Below, piece by piece: positions 8,588 to 18,090 of a DNA stretch of 34,256 nucleotides; position 1 is the stretch's first letter, and the number at the start of each line of letters is the position of its first letter. The notes beneath the pieces were generated by a model. The model was given only the letters and a program-made list of their open reading frames with translations. It did no database searches and was not told the origin of the DNA. The stretch comes from Actinomycetota bacterium. GTDB lineage: Bacteria; Actinomycetota; Acidimicrobiia; IMCC26256; VFJJ01. The translations under genes and the position numbers were made by a program. The stretch covers positions 1 to 34,256 of the forward strand of contig VFJJ01000040.1 of the NCBI GenBank assembly GCA_009886115.1, given 5' to 3'.

Positions 8588-9456
8588 GGCGTAGCGGTTC
8601 GCGCGGCTCGGCGCAGCCCAGCGTCGACGGTGTTGCGCAACAACATGGCGATGGTCATGGGGCCGACCCCACCGATGCGCGGGGTCACGAACGCCGCCAC
8701 CTCGGCCACGTCTTCCGAGACGTCCGAGAGGATCTTCTTGCCGTCGCGTGAGAGCCCGGCACCCACCACGGCGGCCCCGGGCTTGATCATGTCGGGCGTC
8801 ACCAGGCCCGGGAACCCAGCGGCGGCCACGACGATGTCGCCCTGGCGCACGTACCCGGCCAGGTCCTTCACCCCGGTGTGCACCACGGTCACCGCGGCGT
8901 TGCAGTTGGGCCGCTTGAGAGCGAGCAGGAGCGCCAGCGGCCGGCCGATCGTGAGGCCCCGTCCGATGATCACCACGTGGCGGCCCTCGATGGGCACCCC
9001 GTAGTGCACGAGCAACGCGACGATCCCGCCCGGGGTGCAGGGGATGGGCCCCGGAGCGCCCATCACGAGCCGACCGAGGTTCACGGGGTGCAGTCCGTCG
9101 GCGTCCTTGTCCGGATCGACGGCGAGCAACGCTGCGGTCTCGTCGAGGCCCTTCGGGAGCGGGAGCTGCACGATGTAGCTGTCGACGGCGGGATCGGCGT
9201 TGTAGCGGGCGATCGTGGCCAGCACGTCGGCCTGGGTCGCCGATGCCGGCAGGTGGGTGTGCACGGAGGTGACACCCACCTCGGCGCAGGCCGTGATCTT
9301 GTGGTTGACGTAGGTCTCAGACGCCGGATCGTCGCCCACCAGGATCGTGCCCAGGCCCGGGGTCACGCCCCTCGTGGCCAGCTCGGCCACCTCGTCGGTG
9401 AGCGTCGCCCGGACCGCCGCCGACACCTCCACCCCACTCAAGAGCTGCGCTGCCAT
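8584..9456 (-). CDS. folD: Bifunctional methylenetetrahydrofolate dehydrogenase/cyclohydrolase
   Basis: [53 protein letters not shown] before ATG 9456. Confidence 0.96.
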   Translation of the reverse strand: MAAQLLSGVEVSAAVRATLTDEVAELATRGVTPGLGTILVGDDPASETYVNHKITACAEVGVTSVHTHLPASATQADVLATIARYNADPAVDSYIVQLPLPKGLDETAALLAVDPDKDADGLHPVNLGRLVMGAPGPIPCTPGGIVALLVHYGVPIEGRHVVIIGRGLTIGRPLALLLALKRPNCNAAVTVVHTGVKDLAGYVRQGDIVVAAAGFPGLVTPDMIKPGAAVVGAGLSRDGKKILSDVSEDVAEVAAFVTPRIGGVGPMTIAMLLRNTVDAGLRRAARTATP

Positions 9457-9521
9457 CGTGACCCTCCGGTTCGCTGCGCGGTCGTCCGTCACGCGCGTAC
9501 CACCGTACGCCGAACAACGAC

Positions 9522-9571
9522 CCAACTGTCAGCGTGGGGGTCCGGATACGGCCCCTCACGCCGACAGTTGG
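9522..9571. repeat. REP-like palindrome family B, copy 2
   Basis: CCAACTGTCAGCGTGGGGGTCCGGATACGGCCCCTCACGCCGACAGTTGG. Loop GATA is the reverse complement of the copy 1 loop TATC. Confidence 0.88.
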
Positions 9572-9595
9572 CGGGCGACGGGTACGCTGCCGCCG

Positions 9596-11848
9596 ATGGC
9601 TGAACCCGCTGGTCGCCACATCCAGATCCCGGGCTTCCGCGACTTCGTGGAGATCGGTCGCGGTGGCTTTGCCGTGGTGTACAAGGCCCAGCAGGACGTG
9701 TTCGCTCGCGACGTCGCGGTGAAGGTCATCACCGTGCTCGACGTGAGCGACGAAGCCCGGCGGCGCTTCCAGCGGGAGTGCACCGCCATCGGGCGTCTGG
9801 CCTGGCACCCGCACATCGTGACCGTGTTCGATGCCGGTGACACGCCCGAGGGCTGGCCCTACTTGGTGATGGAGTACCTGCCCGCCGGGTCGCTCGGCGA
9901 CCGCATTTCGAGCAGCGGCGCCCTGGCCTGGAGCGACGTGGTCGCCATCGGCGTGAAGATCGCCGGGGCCCTCCAAGCGGCGCACGACGAGGGCAGCCTG
10001 CATCGCGACGTGAAGCCCGACAACGTGCTCGTGAACCGGCTGGGCGAGCCCATGCTGGCCGACTTCGGCATCGCCACCCTGCAGGACGGCACCCGTTCGC
10101 GTTCGGGGATGGTGACCGCCACGCTCGTGTACGCGGCGCCCGAGGTGCTCGCCGGACAGCGGGCCACGGTGGCCAGCGACGTGTACGCGCTCGGAGCCAC
10201 GATGCACGCGCTGATCACGGGGAAGCCCCCGTTCACCCGCGACACCGACGAGAACGTGTTCGCCATCATGCGCCGCATCGACGCCGAGCCGGCGGGCGAC
10301 CTGCGCCCGCTCGGGGTGCCCGGCCCCGTGGCCGCGGCCATCGAGCAGGCCATGGCCAAGGCGCCGGTCGACCGTCCCCCCACGGCCGCGGCGTTCGCCA
10401 CGTTGCTCACCGAGGCCGCGCTGGGGGCCGGGCACTCGGCGCATCGTGCGCCGCCCGCGCCCGCGCCCGCTCCGGTGCCAGCCCCGACGCCTACGGCTGC
10501 GCTGATTCCCGTACCGGCAGCGTTCCCACCACCTCCTCCTCCGCAGTTCGTTGCCGTACCTGCGGCCACGGTGATCCCGCCCGGCGCAGCGGCGCCCTGG
10601 TCTCCTCCACCCGTCCCCGCGGCTCCCGTCCCCCCGGCTGCTCACCCCTCGGGCCCGTCCAGGGGCACGCGTCGGCTGGCGCTGATCGCAGGTGCCACCG
10701 CGGTCGTGATCGCGGCGGTGGCCATTGCCCTGTCGATCGGCGGAGGGAGCGACGGAGGGAGCGACGACGGCGGCGGCTCGAACGGTGGTTCCGACCCGAC
10801 ATCGGAGGCAGCGCAGTCGAGAGACGGCCCGGACGGGGCCGAGGCGACGACCATCCCCGATCCGGAGCCCGGCCAGATCATCACCGTCGTGGGGACCGGT
10901 ACCTCAGGCGATTCGGGTCCGGGGCTGGCGCCGGTGACCCTGCTCGACAACCCGTGGGCCATCGCCATCGGCAGCGACGGCAACATCAACATCGCCAACA
11001 CGGGCCGCAATGTGATCCGCATCGTCGACAAAGGCGCTTTCGTCGGTGATCTGGCGCCAGCCTCGGGTCAGACCCTCGACGCGCCCAGGGGCATCACGGT
11101 CGGTCCGGGCGGCAGCGTGCTCTACGCCGACACCAACCACCACCAGATCGGCCGCATCGGCGCCGACTCCAGCATCACCACCATCGCCGGCACCGGCGAC
11201 GCCGACTACGGCGGTGACGGTGGTCCCGCGACAGAGGGTCAGCTCAATGCGCCTCACGGCCTCGCCGTCGGCTCCGACGGCGCCACCTACATCGCCGACA
11301 CGTTCAACGACGCGATCCGCCGCATCGACCCCGACACCGGCAGCATCACCACCATCGCCGGCACCGGCGACGCCGGGCTCTCGGGCGACGGCGGCCCGGC
11401 CACCGCTGCGCAGCTCAACGCTCCACTCGGCGTGGCGGTCGATCCACGGGACGGCGCCATCTACGTGGCCGACACCGACAACCACCGCATCCGCCGCATC
11501 TCGGTCGACGGCATCATCACCACCATCGCCGGCACCGGTTCCGAAGGCGGATACACGGGTGACGGGGGCCCGGCCGTCGACGCTCAGCTCGACGGGCCAT
11601 CCAGCGTCGCCGTCGGCCTCGACGGTGCCATCTACGTGGCTGACACGTTCAACGACGTGATCCGCCGCATCTCGGTCGACGGCATCATCACCACCATCGC
11701 CGGCACAGGGGAGCCGGGCGACAGCGGTGACGGCGGCCATGCCGGCGACGCCCAGCTCGACGGCCCGCGGGGCGTCGCCGTCGGCCCCGACGGCGACGTG
11801 TACATCGCCGACACCAGCAACCACAAGATCCGCCGCATCGGCGCTTGA
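9596..11848 (+). CDS. Membrane Hanks-type Ser/Thr protein kinase with extracellular NHL-repeat beta-propeller (PknD-like architecture)
   Basis: GRGGFAVV, VAVK, HRDVKPDN, DFG, APE; Pro-rich linker; one TM helix; about 6 NHL repeats (IYVADTxNxxIRRI). TACGCT lies 7 nt before the ATG. Confidence 0.92.
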   Translation: MAEPAGRHIQIPGFRDFVEIGRGGFAVVYKAQQDVFARDVAVKVITVLDVSDEARRRFQRECTAIGRLAWHPHIVTVFDAGDTPEGWPYLVMEYLPAGSLGDRISSSGALAWSDVVAIGVKIAGALQAAHDEGSLHRDVKPDNVLVNRLGEPMLADFGIATLQDGTRSRSGMVTATLVYAAPEVLAGQRATVASDVYALGATMHALITGKPPFTRDTDENVFAIMRRIDAEPAGDLRPLGVPGPVAAAIEQAMAKAPVDRPPTAAAFATLLTEAALGAGHSAHRAPPAPAPAPVPAPTPTAALIPVPAAFPPPPPPQFVAVPAATVIPPGAAAPWSPPPVPAAPVPPAAHPSGPSRGTRRLALIAGATAVVIAAVAIALSIGGGSDGGSDDGGGSNGGSDPTSEAAQSRDGPDGAEATTIPDPEPGQIITVVGTGTSGDSGPGLAPVTLLDNPWAIAIGSDGNINIANTGRNVIRIVDKGAFVGDLAPASGQTLDAPRGITVGPGGSVLYADTNHHQIGRIGADSSITTIAGTGDADYGGDGGPATEGQLNAPHGLAVGSDGATYIADTFNDAIRRIDPDTGSITTIAGTGDAGLSGDGGPATAAQLNAPLGVAVDPRDGAIYVADTDNHRIRRISVDGIITTIAGTGSEGGYTGDGGPAVDAQLDGPSSVAVGLDGAIYVADTFNDVIRRISVDGIITTIAGTGEPGDSGDGGHAGDAQLDGPRGVAVGPDGDVYIADTSNHKIRRIGA

Positions 11849-11869
11849 GGGAGCGTGGGCCGATGGCGC

Positions 11870-12992
11870 AGGCGGCGGGGACGAACAAGGCGATGCGACC
11901 ACCGAGGCGGCCAGCGAGCTGAAGCTCGACGATCCGGTGTCGATCATCGGCCTGTACGAGGACACCGGCGAGAGCCCGGCGGCCCAGCCGTACTTCGCCG
12001 CTGGCGCGCAGATGGCCATCGACGAGATCAACGAGGCCGGCGGGATCGGCGGCCAAGAGGTCACTTACGAACGCATCGCAGCCGGGTTGGCTGCCGACGC
12101 GGCCGTCCAATCAACGCTTCAGGCCATCGACAAGGCACCCACGGCGATGATCGGCTTGGTATCGTCGGGTCAGGTGATCGCGGCGGCGCCCGAGAAGAGG
12201 ATGGCCGAGATCCCGGCCATCCTCTTCTCGGGCGCACCGCAGGCGTTCCTCGACTACGAGGGCGAGGGCGGCGTCGGCAACGAGTGGGTCTTCATCCTCC
12301 GTCCACGCAACACCTCGATCGCGGCGCAGCAGGTCGCCTTCGTCAACGATGAGTTCGCGCCGAGCAAGGTCGCGCTGCTCTGTGTGAACAACCCGTTCGG
12401 CACCGCGAGCTGTGACGTCATGGAGGCCGAGCTCGAGGCGCTCGGCATCGAGGTCACGACCCGGGAGACGAACGAGTTCGACGCCACCGACATGACGGCG
12501 CAGGTGCTGGCCATCCAGAACGGTGATCCCGACCTCATCCTCGACGTGAACTTCCCGAACCGGATCACCGTGTTCGGTAACCAGCTCATCGAGAACGGCC
12601 TTGCCATCCCGCACGTCGCCGGGGCCAGCGCCGGCTTCGCCTTCCTCTCCGGCAACCTCAGCGACGACGCCCGCGATCTCCTTTACGGAGTCGAGGACTG
12701 CCTCCCGACCCTCCAGAACGAGGAGTGGGCAGCCAAGTACGAGGACCAGTTCGCCGCTCTGCCCAACTATGCGGCCGCCGAGACCTACGACGCGGTGTAC
12801 ATCATCAAGGATGCCATCGAGCGGGCTGGCAGCACTGAGGGCCGCGCCGTTCGCAATGCCTTGGCCGAAACCGACTACGAGGGCATCTGTACCACCTACC
12901 AGGCCGACGCGGGGAATGGCCTGCATCACGGCGCCGTGATCGTCAACTACGTCGATGGTCAGATCAACATCGTCAAAGAGCTCAGCTTTTGA
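11870..12992 (+). pseudogene. Branched-chain-type ABC substrate-binding protein (Peripla_BP_6) lacking signal peptide; first in-frame start after the kinase is GTG 11937
   Basis: GAQMAIDEINEAGGIGG, NNPFG, YAAAETYDAVYIIKDAIERAG. No in-frame start, h-region or lipobox precedes the GGGDEQGD linker. Confidence 0.7.
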
Positions 12993-13015
12993 TCTCTCGC
13001 AGCGTCGCCACCCCG

Positions 13016-13062
13016 GGTTTCTTTGCGATTTCGCGCACCCCCGGTGTAAAAGCGCGAAGAAT
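13016..13062. repeat. REP-like palindrome family C, copy 2
   Basis: GGTTTCTTTGCGA-TTTCGCGCACCCCCGGTGTAAAA-GCGCGAAGAAT between the convergent SBP and purH genes. Confidence 0.85.
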
Positions 13063-13080
13063 CGTGCCGTCGTCGCTCCT

Positions 13081-14796
13081 TCAGTGCTTGAAGTGGCGGC
13101 GGGACGTGAACACCATCGCGATCCCGTGCTCCTCGGCGGCGGCGATCACCTCGTCGTCGCGGATCGAGCCGCCGGGCTGGATGACCGCAGCCACGCCGGC
13201 TGCCGCGGCGGCGTCGAGGCCGTCGCGGAAGGGGAAGAAGGCGTCGGAGGCACAGACCCCGCCGTGGGCCCGGTCGCCGGCCTTTCTCGACGCGATCTCG
13301 GCGCTGTGGACCCTTGACTGCTGCCCGGCGCCGATCCCCACGGCCACACCGTCGCGAACGAGCACAATGGTGTTCGACGTGACGTGGGCGCACACGACGT
13401 AGGCGAACTCGAGATCGCGCCACTGGGCTTGGGTCGGCTCGACCTTGGTGACGACCCTCCAGGCCGACCGGTCGACGACGGTCGTGTCGGCCTCCTGCAC
13501 GAGGAAGCCGCCGTCGATCCGGGCGTAGTGCAGGCCCGGCGCCCCCGAGGGCGCGGGGGCCTCGAGCACCCGGAGGTTCTTCTTCTCGTTGAGGATGTCG
13601 ATCGCGCCGGCCTCGTACGACGGCGCCACGACCACCTCGATGAAGACCCCGGCGATCGCCGACGCCGTTGCGCACGTCAGCTCCCGATTGACGGCCACCA
13701 CGCCACCGAAGGCCGAGAGCGGATCGCACTCGAACGCCCGCCGGTAGGCCTCGACCACCGAATCTGTCACCGAATCTGTCGCAGAATCTGCGCGCGAATC
13801 GCCCACCGAATCTGTCGCAGAATCGGCGCGGACGGTCGCCTCGGTCACGACCGCCACCCCGCAGGCGTTGGCGTGCTTGACGATCACGCACGCCGGCTCG
13901 CTGAACGAGCACACGAGCGTGTACGCGCTCTCGACGTCGAGCAGGTTGATGAAGCTGAGTTCCTTGCCTCCGTGCTGCACGGCCCGATCGTGGAAACCCG
14001 CCGGACCCCCTCCCACCTCGCGATAGCGCGCCGCTCGTTGGTGCGGGTTCTCGCCGTAGCGCAACGACGCGACCCGCTCCAGGGTCAGGGGCAGGTGGAC
14101 GGGCAGCGGATCGGCTGCACCGTCTCGGTCGTCGGCTCTGTCCCCGGCGGCGCCAGCCGGAGCAGCAGCAGCAAGGGGCCCCTGGAGCCAGCGAACGATG
14201 GCGGCGTCGTACTCGGCGGTGTGCGCGAACGCCTGTAACGCCAAGGCCTGGCGGGTCTTGGCGCCCAGCGTGCACTGGTTGAACTGGAGCTCGCCGAGGA
14301 TGCCCGGGTACGAGGCCGGATCGGTGACCACACCCACCCAGGCGTGGTTCTTGGCCGCGGCGCGCACCATGGTCGGCCCACCGATGTCGATGGTCTCGAT
14401 CGAAGGCCGGGCCAGGAAGGGGTACAGGTTCGAGACGACGAGATCGACGTAGCCGTAGCCCTCGCGCTCCATGTCGGCGACGTGGTCGGGTACGCCGCGG
14501 TCGGCCAGGATCGCACCGTGCACGCGGGGATGCAGCGTCTTCACCCGGCCGCCGAGCATCTCGGGCGCGCCGGTCACGTCCTCGATCTTCACGACCGGAA
14601 CTCCAGCGGCGGCAAGCTCCGAGGCCGTTCCCCCGGACGACCACAGCTCGACGCCCAAGGCCACCAGGCCCCGGGCGAACTCGACCAGGCCCGTCTTGTC
14701 GTACACCGACAGCAGCGCCCGGGACACCGGGACCCTGTCGACACGCCCCGTCGCGCCAACCTCAGCAGCGCCAGCCCCGCCACCCTCGTCAACCAC
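13081..14796 (-). CDS. purH: Bifunctional AICAR formyltransferase/IMP cyclohydrolase
   Basis: ALLSVYDKTG, GGRVKTLHP, IDIGGPTMVRAAAKN, LRYGENPHQ, KHANACG, SDAFFPF, QPGGSIRD, RHFKH. Confidence 0.97.
   Translation of the reverse strand: MVDEGGGAGAAEVGATGRVDRVPVSRALLSVYDKTGLVEFARGLVALGVELWSSGGTASELAAAGVPVVKIEDVTGAPEMLGGRVKTLHPRVHGAILADRGVPDHVADMEREGYGYVDLVVSNLYPFLARPSIETIDIGGPTMVRAAAKNHAWVGVVTDPASYPGILGELQFNQCTLGAKTRQALALQAFAHTAEYDAAIVRWLQGPLAAAAPAGAAGDRADDRDGAADPLPVHLPLTLERVASLRYGENPHQRAARYREVGGGPAGFHDRAVQHGGKELSFINLLDVESAYTLVCSFSEPACVIVKHANACGVAVVTEATVRADSATDSVGDSRADSATDSVTDSVVEAYRRAFECDPLSAFGGVVAVNRELTCATASAIAGVFIEVVVAPSYEAGAIDILNEKKNLRVLEAPAPSGAPGLHYARIDGGFLVQEADTTVVDRSAWRVVTKVEPTQAQWRDLEFAYVVCAHVTSNTIVLVRDGVAVGIGAGQQSRVHSAEIASRKAGDRAHGGVCASDAFFPFRDGLDAAAAAGVAAVIQPGGSIRDDEVIAAAEEHGIAMVFTSRRHFKH
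13757..13828. repeat. 6 x 12-bp in-frame tandem repeat (xxxGAATCxxxx) inside purH
   Basis: Units ACCGAATCTGTC, ACCGAATCTGTC, GCAGAATCTGCG, CGCGAATCGCCC, ACCGAATCTGTC, GCAGAATCGGCG. The array encodes ADSATDSVGDSRADSATDSVTDSV. Confidence 0.88.
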
Positions 14797-15370
14797 GGGC
14801 GAATCCCTCTCGTACGAGTTCCCAGAGCACCGCCGGGTACAGGCGGTGCTCGACGGCCTTGATGCGCTCGTGCAGCGTGGTCTCGGTGTCGTCGGCCAGC
14901 ACCGGCACGGCCTCCTGGGCCAGGATCGGCCCGGTGTCGACGTCGAGACCGGCCAGGTGGACCGTGCAGCCCGTCACCTTGACGCCGTAGCCGAGCGCGT
15001 CTCGCACCGCGTGCCAGCCCTTGAACGCAGGCAGCAGAGACGGATGGGTGTTGACGATCCGGCCGGGAAAGGCGTCGTGGACCGGCGCGGCCAGGATCGT
15101 GCCGAAGCCGGCCATGGCCACGAGGTCGGGCCGATGGCCTGCGAGCACCGAAACCACCTCGCGGGTATAGGCCTCGCGCTCGAACGCGGGGCCGTACGTC
15201 GTGCGCTCGACGATCTCGACGCGCACCCCCGCAGCGACGGCGCGATCGACCGCGACGCACGGCCGGTCGACGACGAGCACGGTGACGGGCAGCCCGGCGT
15301 CGACGATGGCCTGGAACACCGTCCCGCTCCCCGAAGCCAACACGGCGATGGCGCCCAGCCCCTCACCCAC
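14789..15370 (-). CDS. purN: Phosphoribosylglycinamide formyltransferase
   Basis: VLASGSGT, NTHPSLLPAFKG, VTGCTVH, DTGPILAQ. TAGCCT lies 7 nt before GTG 15370. Confidence 0.95.
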   Translation of the reverse strand: MGEGLGAIAVLASGSGTVFQAIVDAGLPVTVLVVDRPCVAVDRAVAAGVRVEIVERTTYGPAFEREAYTREVVSVLAGHRPDLVAMAGFGTILAAPVHDAFPGRIVNTHPSLLPAFKGWHAVRDALGYGVKVTGCTVHLAGLDVDTGPILAQEAVPVLADDTETTLHERIKAVEHRLYPAVLWELVREGFARG

Positions 15371-15432
15371 GTTGCGGAGGCTACCGGCGGGCGCGTTCAG
15401 CATCGGCACCCGCGCGCCCTAACCTGGAGGCA

Positions 15433-16032
15433 ATGGCTGAGCGCTACCGCCCTTCGATCGACGAGTGGATCATCCTCACCTGCGGCGGGCTGCTGCTCGT
15501 CGTCTCGTTCGCGCCCTGGTACTGGACCGATGTCGGCGGGACGGTCGACCAGCGCACGGCGTGGCAGGGCCCCGGCCTGGTGTTCGCCCTGCTCGGCATC
15601 CTCACCGCCGAGATCATGGCGTTCCTCGTCGCCGCGCGTCTCGCCGGAACCACGGCTGCGAGCACCATCGACGCCAAGCGCTGGGGCACCATCCACCTGG
15701 CCGGTGGGGTCGTGGCGTTCATCGCCATCGTGGCTCGCATGGTCGCCGGGAGCGACCAGGGGACCTGGGGCCTGTATCTCGGTCTGCTGCTCACCGGCGG
15801 CCTGCTCCTCGGCGGCCTGGGCACGTGGAAGTCGAGCGGCGGATGGTGGCCCAAGCTGCTGACGGGCGGCGGACCCGAGCTCAGCCGGCCCGTTGTCCGT
15901 CCGGCCGGCGATGAGGTGCCGGCCGATTCGGCGTGGGGTCGAGGGGCGCCCGACCCGGATCACCCGGATCACCCGGATCATGAGCAGGAGCAGGAGCAGG
16001 AGCACGAGCAATCTCCACCCGTGCATCGTTGA
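15433..16032 (+). CDS. Hypothetical 4-TM membrane protein with low-complexity tail
   Basis: Four hydrophobic segments with SFAPWY and WGLYLGLL motifs. GGAGG and TAACCT upstream of the ATG. Confidence 0.75.
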   Translation: MAERYRPSIDEWIILTCGGLLLVVSFAPWYWTDVGGTVDQRTAWQGPGLVFALLGILTAEIMAFLVAARLAGTTAASTIDAKRWGTIHLAGGVVAFIAIVARMVAGSDQGTWGLYLGLLLTGGLLLGGLGTWKSSGGWWPKLLTGGGPELSRPVVRPAGDEVPADSAWGRGAPDPDHPDHPDHEQEQEQEHEQSPPVHR

Positions 16033-18022
16033 ACGACGCCCCACCGGCCAGGTCGTTCAAGGTTGCCGGGGCCAGCGCATTGGCCGTGAGGCCACCCCGT
16101 ACGTCCTTGCGCCACAAGCCTTTCGGGATCACCACGACCCCAGGCCGAACATCGTCAGCCACGCGCGCCGGAAGCTCGATCGTCGCCTGGTCGTTCCACA
16201 CCCGCACCAGATCCCCGTTCCCGACCCCTCGCACCGCGGCGTCGTCGGGATGCATCGTGACCACCGCGGCCGCCGCCTGGAGCTCGCCGAGCATCGAGTT
16301 GATGGTGCGGTTCGTCGCCGGGCTCAACAGCACCAACGGGTAGCGGGTGTCGGGTTCGCGGTAGCGGGGCAGCCGGTCGGCCACATCGAGCAACGGGTCG
16401 AACAGCCGCGCCCGCCCGCCCTCGTGGCTGGGGACCGTGTCGCGGAACTGCACGGTGGCACCGGCCGCTCGGAGCTCGCCAGGTGGCTGCCGAAGCGCCA
16501 ACCCGAGGAGGCGGCCCGGCGTCGGATCGAACGCGGCGACCATCGCCGGCTCGGCGCCGAGCAACCGAACGGCCAGGGCAGCGGCGACCTCGTCGTTGGT
16601 GCGGCTCTCGCCGACCCGGTCGATGACCGCGGGCATGGCCTGCAGGTGGAACGTGCCGTACGACGAGGCCACGTCGTCGGCCTCGAAATGGGTCGTGGCC
16701 GGCAGCACGACATCGGCCATGAGGGCGGTGTCGGTGAGCACCTGCTCGTGCACCACGGTGAACAGGTCGTCACGGGCCAGGCCCCGCAGCACCGCTGTCT
16801 GATCGGGGTTCATCACCGCAGGGTTGGCGCCCTGCACGAACAACACGGTGATCGGGGGCTCGAGCGTCGCATCGCAGAGCAGAGCGCCCAACTGGTTCAT
16901 GTTGATCGAGCGGCGACGAGGGGGCGAGCCGTCACCGGGATCACGGCTGCCGAGTACGGCCGCCCGCAGCGCACGGCCGTCCCAGGCCGAACGCGCCGCG
17001 GCCGACAGGCTGGCCATCACACCCGAGCCGGCCTCGCCGAACTGTCCGACGAGCAAAGGCAGCGCCAGCACGGCCCGGCAGGCCGAGCCCCCGTTGCGGT
17101 TGCGCTCGAGGCCCCAACCCAGGCGCAAGAAGGCCGGCCGTTCGGTGGCCCACCATTCGGCGGCGGTCGCCAGATCGGCTGCGCTCACGCCGCACACCTC
17201 AGCCGCTCGATCGAGGGCCCACTCCTCGCACGCGTCGAGGTACTCGTCGGTCCCGTCGACGTGCGCGTCGAGAAAGCTCTGTGCCACCAAGCCCACGTGT
17301 CGGAGATGTCGAGCCATGGCCATGGCTGCGACCACGTCGGTACCGGGCCTGATCGCCAGGTGCAGATCGGCCCGGGCGGCCGTCGCGGTGCGTCGCGGGT
17401 CGACGACGACGACACGAGCGCCCGTCGAGCGGCGGGCCTGCTCGACGAGCGGAGGGAAGTGGGTGTTGGAGATCGCCGGGTTGGCGCCCCAGATCACCAC
17501 CAGGCGAGCGTCGACGACGGAGCGGGGATCGGCCGACAGCATGTCTCCGAACACCGACCACCAGGCCCGCCCTGCCGTGGCCGCGCAGATCGTGTGGAGC
17601 ACGTCGCTGACCCCGAGACGCTCGAAGAGGAGGGCGCTCAGCCCACCGCTGGCCAGCACCCCGGTCGAGGAGTTGTAGGCATACGGGACGATGGCCGCTG
17701 GACCGTTCCCCGAGATCGCCGCGCTCATCCGGGCCGCGACCAGGTCGAGCGCCTCCTCCCAGGATGCGGTCCTGAACTCCCCCGAACCTTTGGGGCCACT
17801 GCGGATCAGCGGTGTGAGCAGTCGTTGCGGGCCGTGAACTCGGGGCACCGAGCGGCGCACCTTCTGGCAGATGAAACCTGCGGTGACCGGGTTCACCCCG
17901 GGCGTGTCGATCGGCGCGACATCGACACCCACGAGTCGGCCGTCCTCGACGGTGACCTCCAGCGTGCAGGTGTCGGGACAGTCGAGGGGACAAGCGGTGA
18001 TCAGCGCGGCACGATCTCCCAT
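15881..18022 (-). CDS. Molybdopterin-dependent oxidoreductase (DMSO reductase superfamily, 4Fe-4S)
   Basis: CPLDCPDTC...C cluster motif, WGANP, VVVDPRRT, IRPGTD, ADVVLPATTHFE, C-terminal MHPDDAAVRG molydop-binding domain. Confidence 0.92.
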   Translation of the reverse strand: MGDRAALITACPLDCPDTCTLEVTVEDGRLVGVDVAPIDTPGVNPVTAGFICQKVRRSVPRVHGPQRLLTPLIRSGPKGSGEFRTASWEEALDLVAARMSAAISGNGPAAIVPYAYNSSTGVLASGGLSALLFERLGVSDVLHTICAATAGRAWWSVFGDMLSADPRSVVDARLVVIWGANPAISNTHFPPLVEQARRSTGARVVVVDPRRTATAARADLHLAIRPGTDVVAAMAMARHLRHVGLVAQSFLDAHVDGTDEYLDACEEWALDRAAEVCGVSAADLATAAEWWATERPAFLRLGWGLERNRNGGSACRAVLALPLLVGQFGEAGSGVMASLSAAARSAWDGRALRAAVLGSRDPGDGSPPRRRSINMNQLGALLCDATLEPPITVLFVQGANPAVMNPDQTAVLRGLARDDLFTVVHEQVLTDTALMADVVLPATTHFEADDVASSYGTFHLQAMPAVIDRVGESRTNDEVAAALAVRLLGAEPAMVAAFDPTPGRLLGLALRQPPGELRAAGATVQFRDTVPSHEGGRARLFDPLLDVADRLPRYREPDTRYPLVLLSPATNRTINSMLGELQAAAAVVTMHPDDAAVRGVGNGDLVRVWNDQATIELPARVADDVRPGVVVIPKGLWRKDVRGGLTANALAPATLNDLAGGASFNDARVEIARAPAPAPAHDPGDPGDPGRAPLDPTPNRPAPHRRPDGQRAG

Positions 18023-18090
18023 GCCGGAGAGTCTGACCGGCTGGCCCTTGGCGATCGACCCATTTCCCGCCTTGGCCACAATCCCTTGCG

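Noticed and set aside
11843..11852. prfB-like programmed +1 frameshift at GCT TGA G
   Set aside because: Lacks the CTT TGA slippery codon and upstream internal SD. Kept only as a less likely alternative.
15371..15432. ZTP or purine riboswitch upstream of purN-purH
   Set aside because: Only about 60 bp, occupied by two divergent leaderless-type promoters, with no recognisable aptamer.
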